A stretch of DNA of 64,000 bases from Octopus vulgaris (Eukaryota), in the NCBI GenBank assembly GCA_951406725.2, contig OX597832.1, forward strand, positions 44,206,001-44,270,000, read 5' to 3'. Both the position numbers and the translations under genes were made by a program. Of this stretch, positions 13,343 to 25,800 are shown in pieces. The first letter of the stretch is position 1, and each line of letters starts with the position of its first letter. The notes under the pieces are model-generated. The model was not told where the DNA came from. It was given only the letters and a program-made list of their open reading frames with translations, and did no database searches.

Positions 13343-13593
13343 CACAGAGTCCACCTGTGTGAACATATCTGTGTCGTGTTTGCCATCAGAGAAAGCAGCC
13401 AATGTGGCAGCAGAACCATTCTTTCTGATGAAGTTGTCATGGAGAGCTGATGTGGCTGCCTGGGCCATACTTTGGGTAAAAGTAGTCAGTGGCAGACTAT
13501 TGCTGGGACGTTGGTTCTTTGTTTGTTGGTCTTTGAAATATTCTACCTGACTTCTTGTCCTTTTCCGTATTGAAGGTTCATTCAGCTCAAATT
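13343..13593 (-). CDS. Internal 251-nt coding exon (EFELNEPSIRKRTRSQ...DMFTQVDSV)
   Basis: Acceptor tttcatttcgttgtag, donor GTG|GTATGT; open for 83 codons in the phase-1 frame set by the previous exon. Confidence 0.78.
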
Positions 13594-13763
13594 CTACAAC
13601 GAAATGAAAGCTCCATCAAACATCTCACAGCTAAATCTTTACTTTATATATCAATCAAAGACAATTTCATTTTAGAAACACTCTTCTTCATGTGTGTATA
13701 TATGTGTATGTATGTGTATTGCCTATGCAGTTGTTTATCATTTGTTCATATCTGTGTGCATGT

Positions 13764-13794
<31 letters not shown>

Positions 13795-13852
13795 GGGTAT
13801 TCCTTGAGCAAATAATCAGGGTAGGCATTAACCATTTAGCATTTAATCCCAC

Positions 13853-14230
13853 AATCATCATCATCGTTTAGCGTCCGCTTTCCATGCTAGCATGGGTTGG
13901 ACGGTTCGAACTGGGGTCTGGGAAGCCAGAAAGGCTGCACCAGGCCCCAGTCTGATCTGGCAGTGTTTCTACAGCTGGATGCCCTTCCTAACGCCAACCA
14001 CTCCGTGAGTGTAGTGGGTGCTTTTTACGTGCCACCGGCACAGGTGCCAGACGGGGCTGGCAAACGGCCACGGTCGGATGGTGCTTTTAACGTGCCACCG
14101 GCACGGGGGCCAGACGAGGCTGGCAACGGCCACGATCGGGTGGTGCTTTTTACGTGCCGCCGGCACGGAGGCCAGTCGGGGCAACGACCACGATCAGATG
14201 GTTCGCTTACGTGCCACCGGCACTGGTATC
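13853..14230 (-). mobile_element. Family A inserted in a MITE E
   Basis: Reverse-strand copy with four internal repeats; MITE E sequence on both sides. Confidence 0.75.
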
Positions 14231-14615
14231 ACTATTCTACCTTGCTCTACGTTCAAACTGGCCCCTCACACCTACCCTATAATGTCATTGCAAAAATAAA
14301 CAATCACACCACCAAAATCTGAAAGCTACAAGATAATGCATAATTCAAAACGATGTAAAGAAATAGGCATTAAATTTGATAGAGTATCATCAACATCATT
14401 TAATGTCCGTTGTCCATGCTGGCATGGACTGGATGGTTTGACCACAGCTGGTAAGCTGAAGGGCTGCACCAGACCCCAGTCTCATTTGGCATGGTTTCTA
14501 CGACAAAAACAAGCTCCATTAACACCTCATGGCTAATCTTTATCCAATCAACTGAGATTTTTTTTTTTAATTAATTATGCATTATCTCATAGTTTCAGGA
14601 CTTTGATTATGTGAT

Positions 14616-14996
14616 TACTCTTTTACTTGTTTCAGTCATTTGACTGCGGCCATGCTGGAGCACCGTCTTTAGTCGAGCAACTCGACTTCGGGACTTATTC
14701 TTTGTAAGCCCAGTACTTATTCTATTGGTCTCTTTTGCCGAACCGCTAAGTAACGGGGACATAAACACACCAGCATCGGTTGTCAAGCAATGCTAGGGGG
14801 ACAAACACAGACACATACATATACATATATATACGACAGGCTTCTTCCAGTTTCCGTCTACCAAATCCACTCACAAGGCTTTGGTCGGCCCGAGGCTATA
14901 GTAGAAGAGATTTGCCCAAGGTGCCACGCAGTGGGACTGAACCCGGAGCCATGTGGTTGGTTAGCAAGCTACTTACCACACAGCCACTCCTGCACC
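14616..14996 (-). mobile_element. SINE family B inside MITE E (about 14570-15121)
   Basis: Full-length copy. Confidence 0.85.
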
Positions 14997-15570
14997 TATG
15001 ATTGTTTGTTTTTAGAATGACATTTTAGGGTAAGTGTGAGAGGTTAGATACAGCCAGTTTGAACTTAAAATGTGCAGAATATTTGAGTTGGATACGGCCA
15101 GATCAAATACTAAAGGGTTAATAAAGCAAATTGTGAATGCAAGTCCTCGTTACTGTATGGTGATATATAAAAACATAACAAAATTTATATTTTCAAATGT
15201 GTGTACATGTATCTAATTATCAACAATAATTTTGGTGCTGGTGCCATGTAAAAAGCACCCCTGTTACACTCTGTAAAATGGTCTGGCATTAAACCATAGA
15301 AAGCATGCTAAAACAGACAATTACTAGCTCAATAGTAAACAAGAAACAGAAAATACCGTGGGACTATATGAAAATATACTTAGATATTTTTAAATACTAG
15401 AAGATACAATAGGTTTAATGAATTACATTCAAGTTTTGTTAATCCACAAACTATAACCCAAATTTTTATTGTGTATAAAAATTCCGAATACTTTTAAATT
15501 AAAATCTAAAGAAGACCATCATTTAAACTTGTATTTTATAAAAGTTTGTATTTGTCAATGAAACTATTTT

Positions 15571-15825
15571 TTAACCCTTTAGTATTTAAACTGGCCATAT
15601 CCGGCCAAAATATTTAAACTGGCCATATCCGGCCAAAATATTTAATCTGCCTTACGTTCAAACTGACCAGATCCAGGCCCTCACACCTACCCTACAATGT
15701 TATTCTACATTAAGTAATTACACCATCAAGATCTTGAAGATATGAGATAATGCATGATTAATTCAAATCAATGTGAATCAATAAGGATTATATTTGATAG
15801 AATAATCTGAACACTAAAAGGTTAA
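15571..15825 (+). mobile_element. MITE E with internal tandem duplication of about 27 bp
   Basis: TIRs and TTAA. Confidence 0.8.
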
Positions 15826-16285
15826 ATAGAAAACAATCACCCAGAAAAGCAATTTCTAAACATATCCATCAGGGCAAGTCTATTTTATGTACTTTAAATG
15901 CCTAAAATATTTGATAACAACAAATGCTTCTTAATAAATCAATGAAATTTTATATCTATGCCTCTATGTCCTTGCCAATACCCATGACAAAACATAATAA
16001 ACATCACAGAACTCCTTTCCTTTATTTCTTTTAAAGCTGAAAGCTTTTGCCAAACTATTTAGTCCTACCAAACGTCATATTTTATCCCAACTTACAAAGG
16101 TACAGAAAAGATAAGTGCTTTAATATGGTCACCAAAGAGAACCTAACTTTTTCACAACGGTTAGCTTAGAAAATAAATACAGATTCTGAATGCAGCAAAA
16201 CAAAACAGTTTCTTTGTGTAGAATATAAATCACAGTAAAAAAAAAGGTGCGCAATACTAATAAGCTATTAAGGATCTTTTCATAT

Positions 16286-16676
16286 TTAACCCTTTCATTA
16301 TGAACCCGGCTGAAACCGGCTCTGGCTTTGAGTACAAATGTCGTGTTTTCAAAAGTTTTGAATTAAAATCTTCCACCAAACCTTGGTCACAATTTATGTT
16401 CCTAACACTAGCTTAATGATAACTAAGTTATAATACTAAATTCTTTGTTAAATTTAACACTCGCGGAGTGGTTGGTGTTAGGAAGGGTATCCAGCTGTAG
16501 AAACACTACCAGATCAGACTGGAGCCTGGTGCAGCCTCCTGGCTTCCCAGACCCCGGTCGAACCGTCCAACCCGTGCTAGCGCGGAAAACGGACGTTAAA
16601 CGATGATGATGATGATTTAAAGTAATTCAAAGAAACACAGAGCATCTCAAAATAAATACGGTAACGAAAGGGTCAA
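16286..16676 (+). mobile_element. MITE D interrupted by family A (16457-16616)
   Basis: TIRs; nested insertion. Confidence 0.8.
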
Positions 16677-16707
16677 ATGAAAGAGAAGAAAAAGCGCAAA
16701 GGTTTAC

Positions 16708-16774
16708 CTCCAAGTTTCCTAATGGCATGCATTTCATCTGATTGATACAACAAATGAGCTGATTTTTCAATGAC
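16708..16774 (-). CDS. Internal 67-nt coding exon (VIEKSAHLLYQSDEMHAIRKLG)
   Basis: Acceptor tatatttcttgcag, donor GAG|GTAAAC; phase 0 in, phase 1 out, which is what the next exon needs. Confidence 0.75.
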
Positions 16775-16846
16775 CTGCAAGAAATATAAATAACTCGTTA
16801 AAAACAAGATTAATAAACCAGTATTGTTAGAAAAATATCTTGGTTT

Positions 16847-16943
16847 ATGTGAAGTATATTTGCCACTTAAATGTGGTTAGCCACTAAGGGTGGATGCCAC
16901 CCTTAGGGGTTAGCCACATCTAAGTGGCAAATATACTTCACAT
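16847..16943. repeat. 97-nt hairpin (47-bp arms, 3-nt loop, 4 mismatches)
   Basis: ATGTGAAGTATATTTGCCACTTA...TAAGGGTGG-ATG-CCACCCTTA...TAAGTGGCAAATATACTTCACAT. Confidence 0.9.
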
Positions 16944-17834
16944 TGTCATGCAGCTACTGTTTATACCTCGTTCAGAGATTTATTATCTTGGTCTATATTT
17001 TATCAAAAAAGCAAAGCAAAAATTTGTCTCTTTCTCCCTCTGAACTACTCCTATGTCTGTAAGAAAGCTTAATTTAACAACATTTTGTGAGAGCTGTCCA
17101 ATGTAAACAAGTTAAATGAAGCAAATATAAGCAAATATAAGTTTGAGAACACCCTGTCCCATAACCTACATTTGTGTATAAATAAGCACTGCAAATTTGA
17201 GCTGTAAAATCTCAGGAAAAAAAATCTTGTGTATAATATACATTTTTTAAAAAAGTATTAGGATGCATAAACAAAACTGTCCTTTTAAAATACATTGGGA
17301 AAGTTCATGACTTCTAAAGACAAACAAATTCAGAAGTGACCTTTGAACTTTCCTGTAGGCTGAAAAGTCAACAAGTGATAAGATACCAGTGTGGAAGGAT
17401 GAAAAGGTGTATGCAGAAATATAACACTATAAACACTTCCATTTGACCCATTAGCAGCTAAACAGGTCATATCAAGCCCAAATATTTTACTTGATTTTAT
17501 GTCCAAAACTTGTGTATAATACGCACCCCTTCTCTAACTTGAGTCAAGGAGGTCTATATAACGTCCTTGGTTTGTAAAAATGTATACGGTAAAGTCCTTT
17601 ATTATTATTGTTTATATAACATAATGCAAACGTATAGCTTTTTTGTGCATTTTGTTTGCAGAAAATAAAGAAATAACAGTAATAACGTTTAATAAATGTT
17701 GCTTACTGCAAGTTATGGATGATTTAAGGTATTTTCGCGCCCGACATCACAAAATGCGTCTGAATAAACATTGCCAGACAGCAAATAGAGACTCGGACAT
17801 TGCTTAGAAAATAATTTTCATGTTTAACATCATA

Positions 17835-18011
17835 GGCGTAGGAGTAGCTGTGTGGTAAGTATCTTGCTTACCAACCACATGGTTCTGGGTTCAGTCCCGC
17901 TGCGTGGCACCTTGGGCAAGTGTCTTCTACTATAGCCTCGGGCTGACCAAAGCCTTGTGAGTGGATTTTGTAGACGAAAACTGAAAGAAGCTCGTCGTAT
18001 ATATGTATATG

Positions 18012-18042
<31 letters not shown>

Positions 18043-18240
18043 TTGTCTGTGTTGGTCCCCACAACACCGCTTGACAACCGATGCTGGTGTCTTTACGTCC
18101 CCGTAACTTAGCGGTTCGGCAAAAGGGGCCGATAGAATAAGTACTAGGTTCACAAAGAATATGTCCTGGGGTCGATTTGCTCGACTAAAGGCGGTGCTCC
18201 AGCATGGCCGCAGTCAAATGACTGAAACAAGTAAAAGAGT
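17835..18240 (+). mobile_element. SINE family B
   Basis: Full-length copy. Confidence 0.85.
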
Positions 18241-18522
18241 ATATATAGCATGCACTAGGGATTTTGACCTTTAAATTTTGGGAAAAAAATGCGGATTATA
18301 CTCAAGGATTTACAATAGTCAACTGTTAACTAACCAGTCATTTGTTTAACTAGTTGGTTAAACAGTCAATCTCTTTTTTTTTAAATATTTTTCTCTTTTT
18401 TGTTCATCAAAGTTCTTTCTTTGCCATTTGTAACCTTTTCAGTGTATTTCTCCCACGTAGCTACAGAAGACGTATTTGCTTGTTTGATGAACAAAAAAAA
18501 AAAAGATTCTTTAACCAACAAG

Positions 18523-18752
18523 TTAACCCTTTAGCATTTAAACCAGCCATATCCAGCCAAAATATTCTACCTGTTTTATGTTTAAACTAACCCGATCTGG
18601 CCTCTCAAACCTACCCTACAATTTCATTCTTAAAACTAAACAATTACATCGTTGAAATCTCAAAAGTAATAAGATAAAGCATGATTAATTCAAAACAATG
18701 AGAATAAGTAAGCATTACATTTGACAGAGTAATCTGAAAGCTAAAGATTTAA
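18523..18752 (+). mobile_element. MITE E
   Basis: TIRs and TTAA. Confidence 0.8.
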
Positions 18753-19007
18753 ACAGACAATTGATTAGTTAGTTGGATAGATATTTAAGCAATTGACTAA
18801 TAATAAGGAAGTGGAACTGAACCAGTGCATGTGTTAATATTGGCATTATGACTCTCCCAAAACAACAAAATTTGTTTCAACACACAAATTCACATAAAGA
18901 CTCTTGCAAACCGAGTAGAAAAACAAAGTACTAATTTCATCTCCATGTTAAATAATTCTAGTAATTTTCAATAAAGGCCCTCTATATTGAAAGCTGAAGG
19001 TAATAAT

Positions 19008-19236
19008 TCAACCCTTTAGTGTTCAGATTATTCTGCCAAACTTAGTGTTTGTTTATCTATGTTGCTTTGAATTAATCCTGCATTATCTTGTAGTTTAGAG
19101 ATTGCAGTGATGTGTTTTTTTTAGTTTTAGAATGACATGGTAGGGCTGAGGTGAGAGGCAAGCTCTGGTCAGTTTCAATATATAACAGGTTAAATATTTT
19201 GGCCAGAGATGGCCAGTTTGGATGCTAAAGGGTTAA
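19008..19236 (-). mobile_element. MITE E (inverted)
   Basis: Reverse-complement copy. Confidence 0.75.
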
Positions 19237-19720
19237 TGAGACTTGCCTGCAAGCTGAGCTAAGCGTTATTACTATGACAAAAAGAAAAATTTTTTTAATT
19301 ATTATAATGATCCTAACTCCTCATTACACATCACAAAGGTTGGACAACATAAATAACTAATCTATTTCTGTCATGCCATCCTGAATATCGTGACACACTT
19401 GACTGGATAAATAAAAAAGGAGGAGGGAACACTTCTTACATATACAATGCATGCAACCTTATAATTAATTAGGTACAAAAATCTATAGGGGGAAGCATGT
19501 TATACACAAATCAATCTGTCATTGTTTTGACATCAGCTTTTCTATTGATTGCATGAGTTGGACACGGTTTATTGAGGTGGATTGTCCATGGTTGGATACC
19601 CTTGTGGTTAATCCTCATCTGTTTCCAAGCAAGGTCATATTTTCCCCATAACAAAACATGCTCTTGCCAAATATGAGAAATGAATGATATTAATCTACAA
19701 CAATCACACCATGTCAAGAC

Positions 19721-20058
19721 GGCATCTTGGGCAAGTGTCTTCTACTATAGCCCCGGGCCAACCAATGCCTTGTGAGTGGATTTGGTAGACGGAAACTGAA
19801 AGAAGCCTGTCGTATATATGTACATATATATATATATGCATGTGTGTGTTTGTGTGTCTGTGTTTGTCCCCCAGCATTGCTTGACAACCGATGCTGGTGT
19901 TTACGTCCCCGTCACTTAGCGGTTCGGCAAAAGAGACCGATAGAATAAGTACTGGGCTTACAAAGGAATAAGTCCCGGGGTCGATTTGCTCGACTAAAGG
20001 CGGTGCTCCAGCATGGCCGCAGTCAAATGACTGAAATATGTAAAAGAGTAAAGAGAGT
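19721..20058 (+). mobile_element. SINE family B, 5'-truncated, with about 133-bp flanking duplication
   Basis: 19588-19720 is repeated at 20059-20193. Confidence 0.85.
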
Positions 20059-20469
20059 ATGGTTGGATACCCTTGTTGAGGTTAATCCTCATCTGTTTCC
20101 AAGCAAGGTCATATTTTCCCATAACAAAACATGCTCTTGCCAAATATGAGAAATGAATGATATTAATCTACAACAATCACACCATGTCAAGACAAAGAGA
20201 CACACACACACACATATATATATATATATCTATTATGACAGGCTTTTTTCAGTTTCCTTCTATGAAATCCACTAAAAGGCTTTGGGTGGCCTGGGGTTAT
20301 AGTAAGAAAACACCATGCCCAAAGCATTGCACAGTGGGACTAAATCTGAAACCATGAGGTTGGGAAACAAGCTTCTTAGCCACACATGCATGCCTGCAAA
20401 TAAATATGCCATGTTATAGGGACATCACTAATACTCATGCATGTCATGTAAGGATTGTGTATATATATA

Positions 20470-20830
20470 GGCGCAGGAGTGGCTGTGTGGTAAGTAGCTT
20501 GCTAACCGACCACATGGTTCCGGGTTCAGTCCCACTGTGTGGCACCTAGGGCAAGTGTCTTCTACTATAGCCTCGGGCTGAGCAAAGCCTTGTGAGTGGA
20601 TTTGGTAGACGGAAACTGAAAGAAGCCCGTCGTATATATGTGTGTGTGTGTATGTGTGTATATGTTTGTGTGTCTGTGTTTGTCCCCGTAACTTAGCGGT
20701 TTGGCAAAAGAGACCGATAGAATAAGTACTAGGCTTACAAAAGAATAAGTCCTGGGGCCAATTTGCTTGACTAAAGGTGGTGCTCCAACATGGCCGCAGC
20801 AGTCAAATGACTGAAACAATTAAAAGAGTA
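20470..20830 (+). mobile_element. SINE family B (internal deletion)
   Basis: Head and tail present. Confidence 0.8.
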
Positions 20831-21642
20831 AAGCTCAACCTTCCAGCCAAAATTAGTAAAAAGAGCAATGTTCATGATGGACTTAGTCAATCACCTACAT
20901 GCAACAACAGATGTCTGACACAACTCTACAAGCCGCCAGCAATTCAAACGCTGAATGGTGGGGTGCAAGTAGAACAGGTTAATCACTCTGGGAATTTTTC
21001 AGAGAGAATCAATTAACAACACTTTCATGCCAACTGGGGTTATTGCTAAGCTGTAAGGACTCCCTGGTAGCACTGTAAGCCAGGAGTTTCTTTAAGTTAT
21101 CCGTAGTCCCCAAGTTTATAGAACCATAAAGGAATAAGGATTATTATCTTGTAGCTATGAGATTTTGATGAGGTGGCTGTTAATTTTTAAGATGATATTG
21201 TAGGGTTGGTGTGAGAGACCAGATCTGGCCAGTTTGAACATAAAACAGGCAGAATACTTTTGGCCGGTTTAAATGCTAAAGGGTTAATAAATAAATTTTG
21301 AAGGTGTATAATTCTCCATTTTTCATTCTGCTGTGTTTATGTGTATGCAGAATTGATACTGGTGCCAGTCTACCACAGCAGAATTGATACTGGTGCTGGA
21401 GCCATATGAAAAGCCCCAGTACACTCTGTGGAGTGATTGGTGTTAAGAAGGTCAGCTAGCCATATAAACTATGTCAGAGCAAGAAGACAATGGTGTCTGG
21501 TGCAGCCCCTGGCCCTACCAGCAGCAGTCAAACTGTCCAACTTATGCCAGCATGGAAAACAAATGATGATGATGATATAAACTCATAAGACTGAGTGGCC
21601 TCGTGTTACAGAAGAGATTTGTCCATGTGCAAAGCAGTGAGA

Positions 21643-21719
21643 CTGAACCTGAAATCAGAAACCTGAACCTGAAATCAGAAACCTGAACCTGAAATCAGAA
21701 ACCTGAACCTGAAACCTGA
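21643..21719. repeat. 20-bp minisatellite CTGAACCTGAAATCAGAAAC, about 3.5 copies
   Basis: Direct reading. Confidence 0.9.
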
Positions 21720-21800
21720 GTTTGGCAAAGTGGTGTGTACGGACGTTCCTATGTACATGCGAGTGTGAGGGGAATTATAGAAAAGGCATCAAATACTTAC

Positions 21801-22825
21801 AGGTTTTTCTTCATCAGAATGAGATTTACAACTTCTAACAGCTCTTGACATCCTCTCTTCAACTGATACCACCTTCTCTCTTCTGCAACAGCTGCGCATA
21901 GGATGGATGTAACCATTCTTCCCACATTTCACTTCCTTCACCTCTTTTACTACCGATGTGTGGCTAACAGCATCTTCCTCCATGGAATTCTTGCTACTGC
22001 CACTATCAGAGTCCTCGTTTCCGGAAGCATCCTGTCTTTTGCAACCCTTGCGGTGAGTAAAAATGAACTTCTTTCTACGTTTCTTCTTCATTCCCATTTG
22101 TCGGACTTCTTCCGGTTTCAAACCTCGAAGAATCCGAGCCTCCGTTCGCCAGTGAAGTTTCTGAAATTTACCAGCATTTTTGTTCCGCGATGCTAAGCTC
22201 CTGCCTGCGCAAAGAGCACTATTAGTCCTGGTCCATCTCTTGCTTCTCGTGGCCATCTGGAACCGACTGAACTTGAAAGCTTTTCTGTGGTTGTTTCTGG
22301 TTGAATTCTTCTGTTTAATTTTGAGCCATTCAGACCGTAGAAGTTTGCAGTATCTTTTCAATCGCATGTGTAAGCCCCGAAGGTTCATGTTTTTGTCGAA
22401 TGCTGGCCTAGGAAACTTCTCCTCCTGGTGAGTTTCCTTCCAGCGATGGAAACTGAGTATATTAGAAATACTGGACATGTGACCGGTGGTAGATTCCCAC
22501 TTATCCTTACGTTCAACAGCAATGTGAGCCTGTAAAGATTCCTCAGAAGGGAAGGACATGAACAGAATGCCATCGACTTCATCAAAGTCTGGTTCGTACA
22601 GACTCGAAGTTCCCGAAGAGTATGACTTGGACTGACTGGATTCAGGCAAATTAGCTGAAATCTGTTTACTTACAGCAGCCAACTGAATCAGGTGATTGTT
22701 ATATGCTGAACTAAATGAATTACCTGCCTTGTTTTCATTAACGCTTGAATTAACCCTATCTTTGAATGAACTATTACACGGCAACGATAATCTTTCAGCA
22801 TTATTACTATTATGATTGTTTTCTC

Positions 22826-22864
<39 letters not shown>

Positions 22865-25800
22865 CATAAGTTTTGTTAACAGTATTATTATGATTATTAA
22901 CAGAATTATTAACAGTATCCTTAACATTAACATTGCCAGCGTCAATATTATCATTACAAACACTATCAGTGTAATTGTTCGTAACATTATCGATATTATC
23001 ACTAATAACATTGTCATTATAATCGTTAGTAACGCTAAAGGTATTATCGTTTGTAACATTATCATTTGTAAAATCAACAGTAGTTTTATTTGTAACAATA
23101 TTGGAATTATCATTTGTGACATTGTCGTTATTTTCACTCGTAACACAATCAGGATTCTCGTTCATAATATTGCCAGTAATTTTGTTAATGTTATCTCTAT
23201 TGTCGTTAGTAACATTACCAGTTTTATCGTTTGCATCATTATCCATGTCGTAAACATCAACATGAAGATGGTTATCAACAATAATCTTATCACTATCATG
23301 GACAGCAACAGAACTGCTGCTGCATTTACTTCTTGTATTATAAACAATGCCAGTTGTCTTTTGAAGGGCTTTCTCGTTTGACTTTTCATTCCCTTCAAAA
23401 GCGTAAGTTTTATCACAGAAAGGAGTTGTTTTGCTTGGTAAAAATGGCCCACTTTTGGGAAGAATCCCTTTATTTTTTGAAAAGGATAAATCCGCATTTG
23501 AATTAACAGACTCAGTTTCTCCGGCAAGATACCTGTCCAATTCAGAGCTTACAAACGCAGAATTTTTTTTGCATTCGGATATTGCTTTCTCTGGTCTTGA
23601 TAAAATACTAAGAGGTAATGGCTCTCTAATGACTGTATTAACGGTCGAAGAAAAATTGGCAGTTACAGAACTAGTCGATGGCTGAATTTGGTCGCTAGTA
23701 AAAGATGTTGTTGTGGCAGTGTTATGAGAATTGTGCTTTCTATCCGTCTTAGTATGGCAAGCTGATGCAGTGGCTGTGTGAAGTTTCTTCCCTCTGTCTT
23801 CAAAACTACATGGTTTGGTGACTTTGTGTGATTGCACCGCAACCTTAGGTGGAGATTCTACTGTTTGGTGACACTTATCAGATCCATCTTCATTTTGAAG
23901 AGATGGTGAGATCTTATTTAACAAATTTTCAGGTTGTTTAAATTCCACTTGATCTTCCTGCTCTTGTTTCAAAACTACTTCCTTGCTTTGTACAGAATTT
24001 TGTACAGAATTTTTATCATCTGTTTTGATATCTTTCTCCAATTTAACTGGAGACTTATCCTCTACTTTATTTGAAGACCGCAGCATTTTCCTCCGATCTA
24101 AAGGTAAACTGGTAGATTTAGCATCTGGAGTGCATTTTGCTTGACGTTTTAAATTTTTAGAAGTTACTGTTTCATCTGCTTTCTCAGACGATTTCTCTTC
24201 AACTTTTACCAAATCTGGTTGGCGGCGTCGATTGGGAACTCTGGACTTCTGTACAATTTCACTCACTCTATTTGAAGCTGACTGACTCGAACGACTAGGA
24301 AAGACTAAAGGAAAAGACAAGACATCATCCTTGTAACGGATGCTCGGTGAACGAATTCTGTTACTCCTTGAAAAGACTGGATTGGGTTTATTATTTACAA
24401 TGGAATTTTTCTGATTTGAGCGTGATGCTGACGTTTTGCTTGCAGAATTTGCTGGATTTTCTTTCGTTACTTCTTGAGATCTGTGATTTTTAGAACTCTC
24501 TTTAGAATTCTTAGAAAACTGGCTTTCGCATTTTTCTTCATCAAAACATAATTTTTTAACTGATTTCGGGTTCGTAGTTGTCTTTGCCCTAAAAGACTGC
24601 TGCTGCGGAGCTGGAGGTTTGACAGAACTATTTGATGTATTTGAATTGTTTGGGGTGTCAATTGAAGAACTATCACTTCCAGGAGAGGAGTCTATAACAA
24701 TGACATCTTCCATGCACACCAAAGGCACCTTAGGACTTTCAGGTAATCGATGTAATGCCTCTGAAACATTCTTGAAGACAGGTGGACTTGGGAGGCTGCG
24801 ACCTGAACTGCTTGATTTGTTCAACTCCTCTTTCCCTTCGCTCGCTGACCAAGTCATGTTGTCACTCTCGGAGTCTGAAGACATGAAGCTTATCACAGAA
24901 TGTTGGTCGTATTGTAATGAGATTTTGCTTTCAGCCGCTTCAGTCGTCGAACATTCTGAAGTTTTAGGTGGAAATAATTTATAGCTAAGAGGTTGAACAG
25001 AACAGGAGGAACAGCAATGAGGTGAGAAGGAATTACTGGAGGCAGCAGCGGTGGTGGTGGTGATAGCAGTGATGTATGTGGTTGCTGTCATTGTGATGGT
25101 AGAAGTGGTGGTAATAGTACCAGTAGAAGTAGTGGTGGCAGAATTGAAAAAAAGTTGACCGTTGTGCATGTATTTTTGAGATGGGACTAAATCGGGTGAA
25201 CTCTTGCAAATCACGTTATTCACGGGCCTTCTTGATTTCATATTTGTGTGTAAATAGTTAACAGCTGGCATGGAACCGCTTATTTCTTGGGGTTCCATAG
25301 CTGGGTTACAAGCTTTACAAAGTTGTTCTTGGTAGACAAAATTCTCAGAGAGGGGTTGGTGAGCACAATTCCACAGTTTTGGTTTTTCCACTTTAATCAT
25401 GGAGTTTGGGGAGTTTTGGAAAGAGCAGCAGTTTGGGCTTTTGTTTTGATGTTTAATTGATGGGAAAGTCTGGTGGCATGTTGTGTATTGCCAAATTTGG
25501 TTTTTGTCAGGGTAAATTAGATTTTCATTGTCCTCACTTTTAACAGCCAAACATTTATCCATTTGTTCGCTTACGTTGTTGTATGATAAATCATATATAA
25601 AGGTATTTGGGACTTTTTGAGCTTGTAAAGATGGTCTTTTATCCCAGAATCTATTGGCCTGGGCCTTGCTAGAATTAACATTAGACAAGGGTTGATTGCT
25701 CTTGTAGGAATTCCTTTCGTAAGCGTTCGATTTCGGAAGCATCATTTGTCCTTGACACTTTAGGTTTGGCGGTGCAAAGCTGCTGCAAGAAACGTCACGA

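Noticed and set aside
17150-18316. Possible pogo/Tc1-like MITE remnant (TGTGTATAATACGCA and GCGGATTATACTCAAGGATTTAC motifs)
   Set aside because: Too decayed to define both termini
21903-24984. Antisense and alternate-frame ORFs overlapping the giant exon
   Set aside because: Shadows of the real CDS and its low-complexity codons
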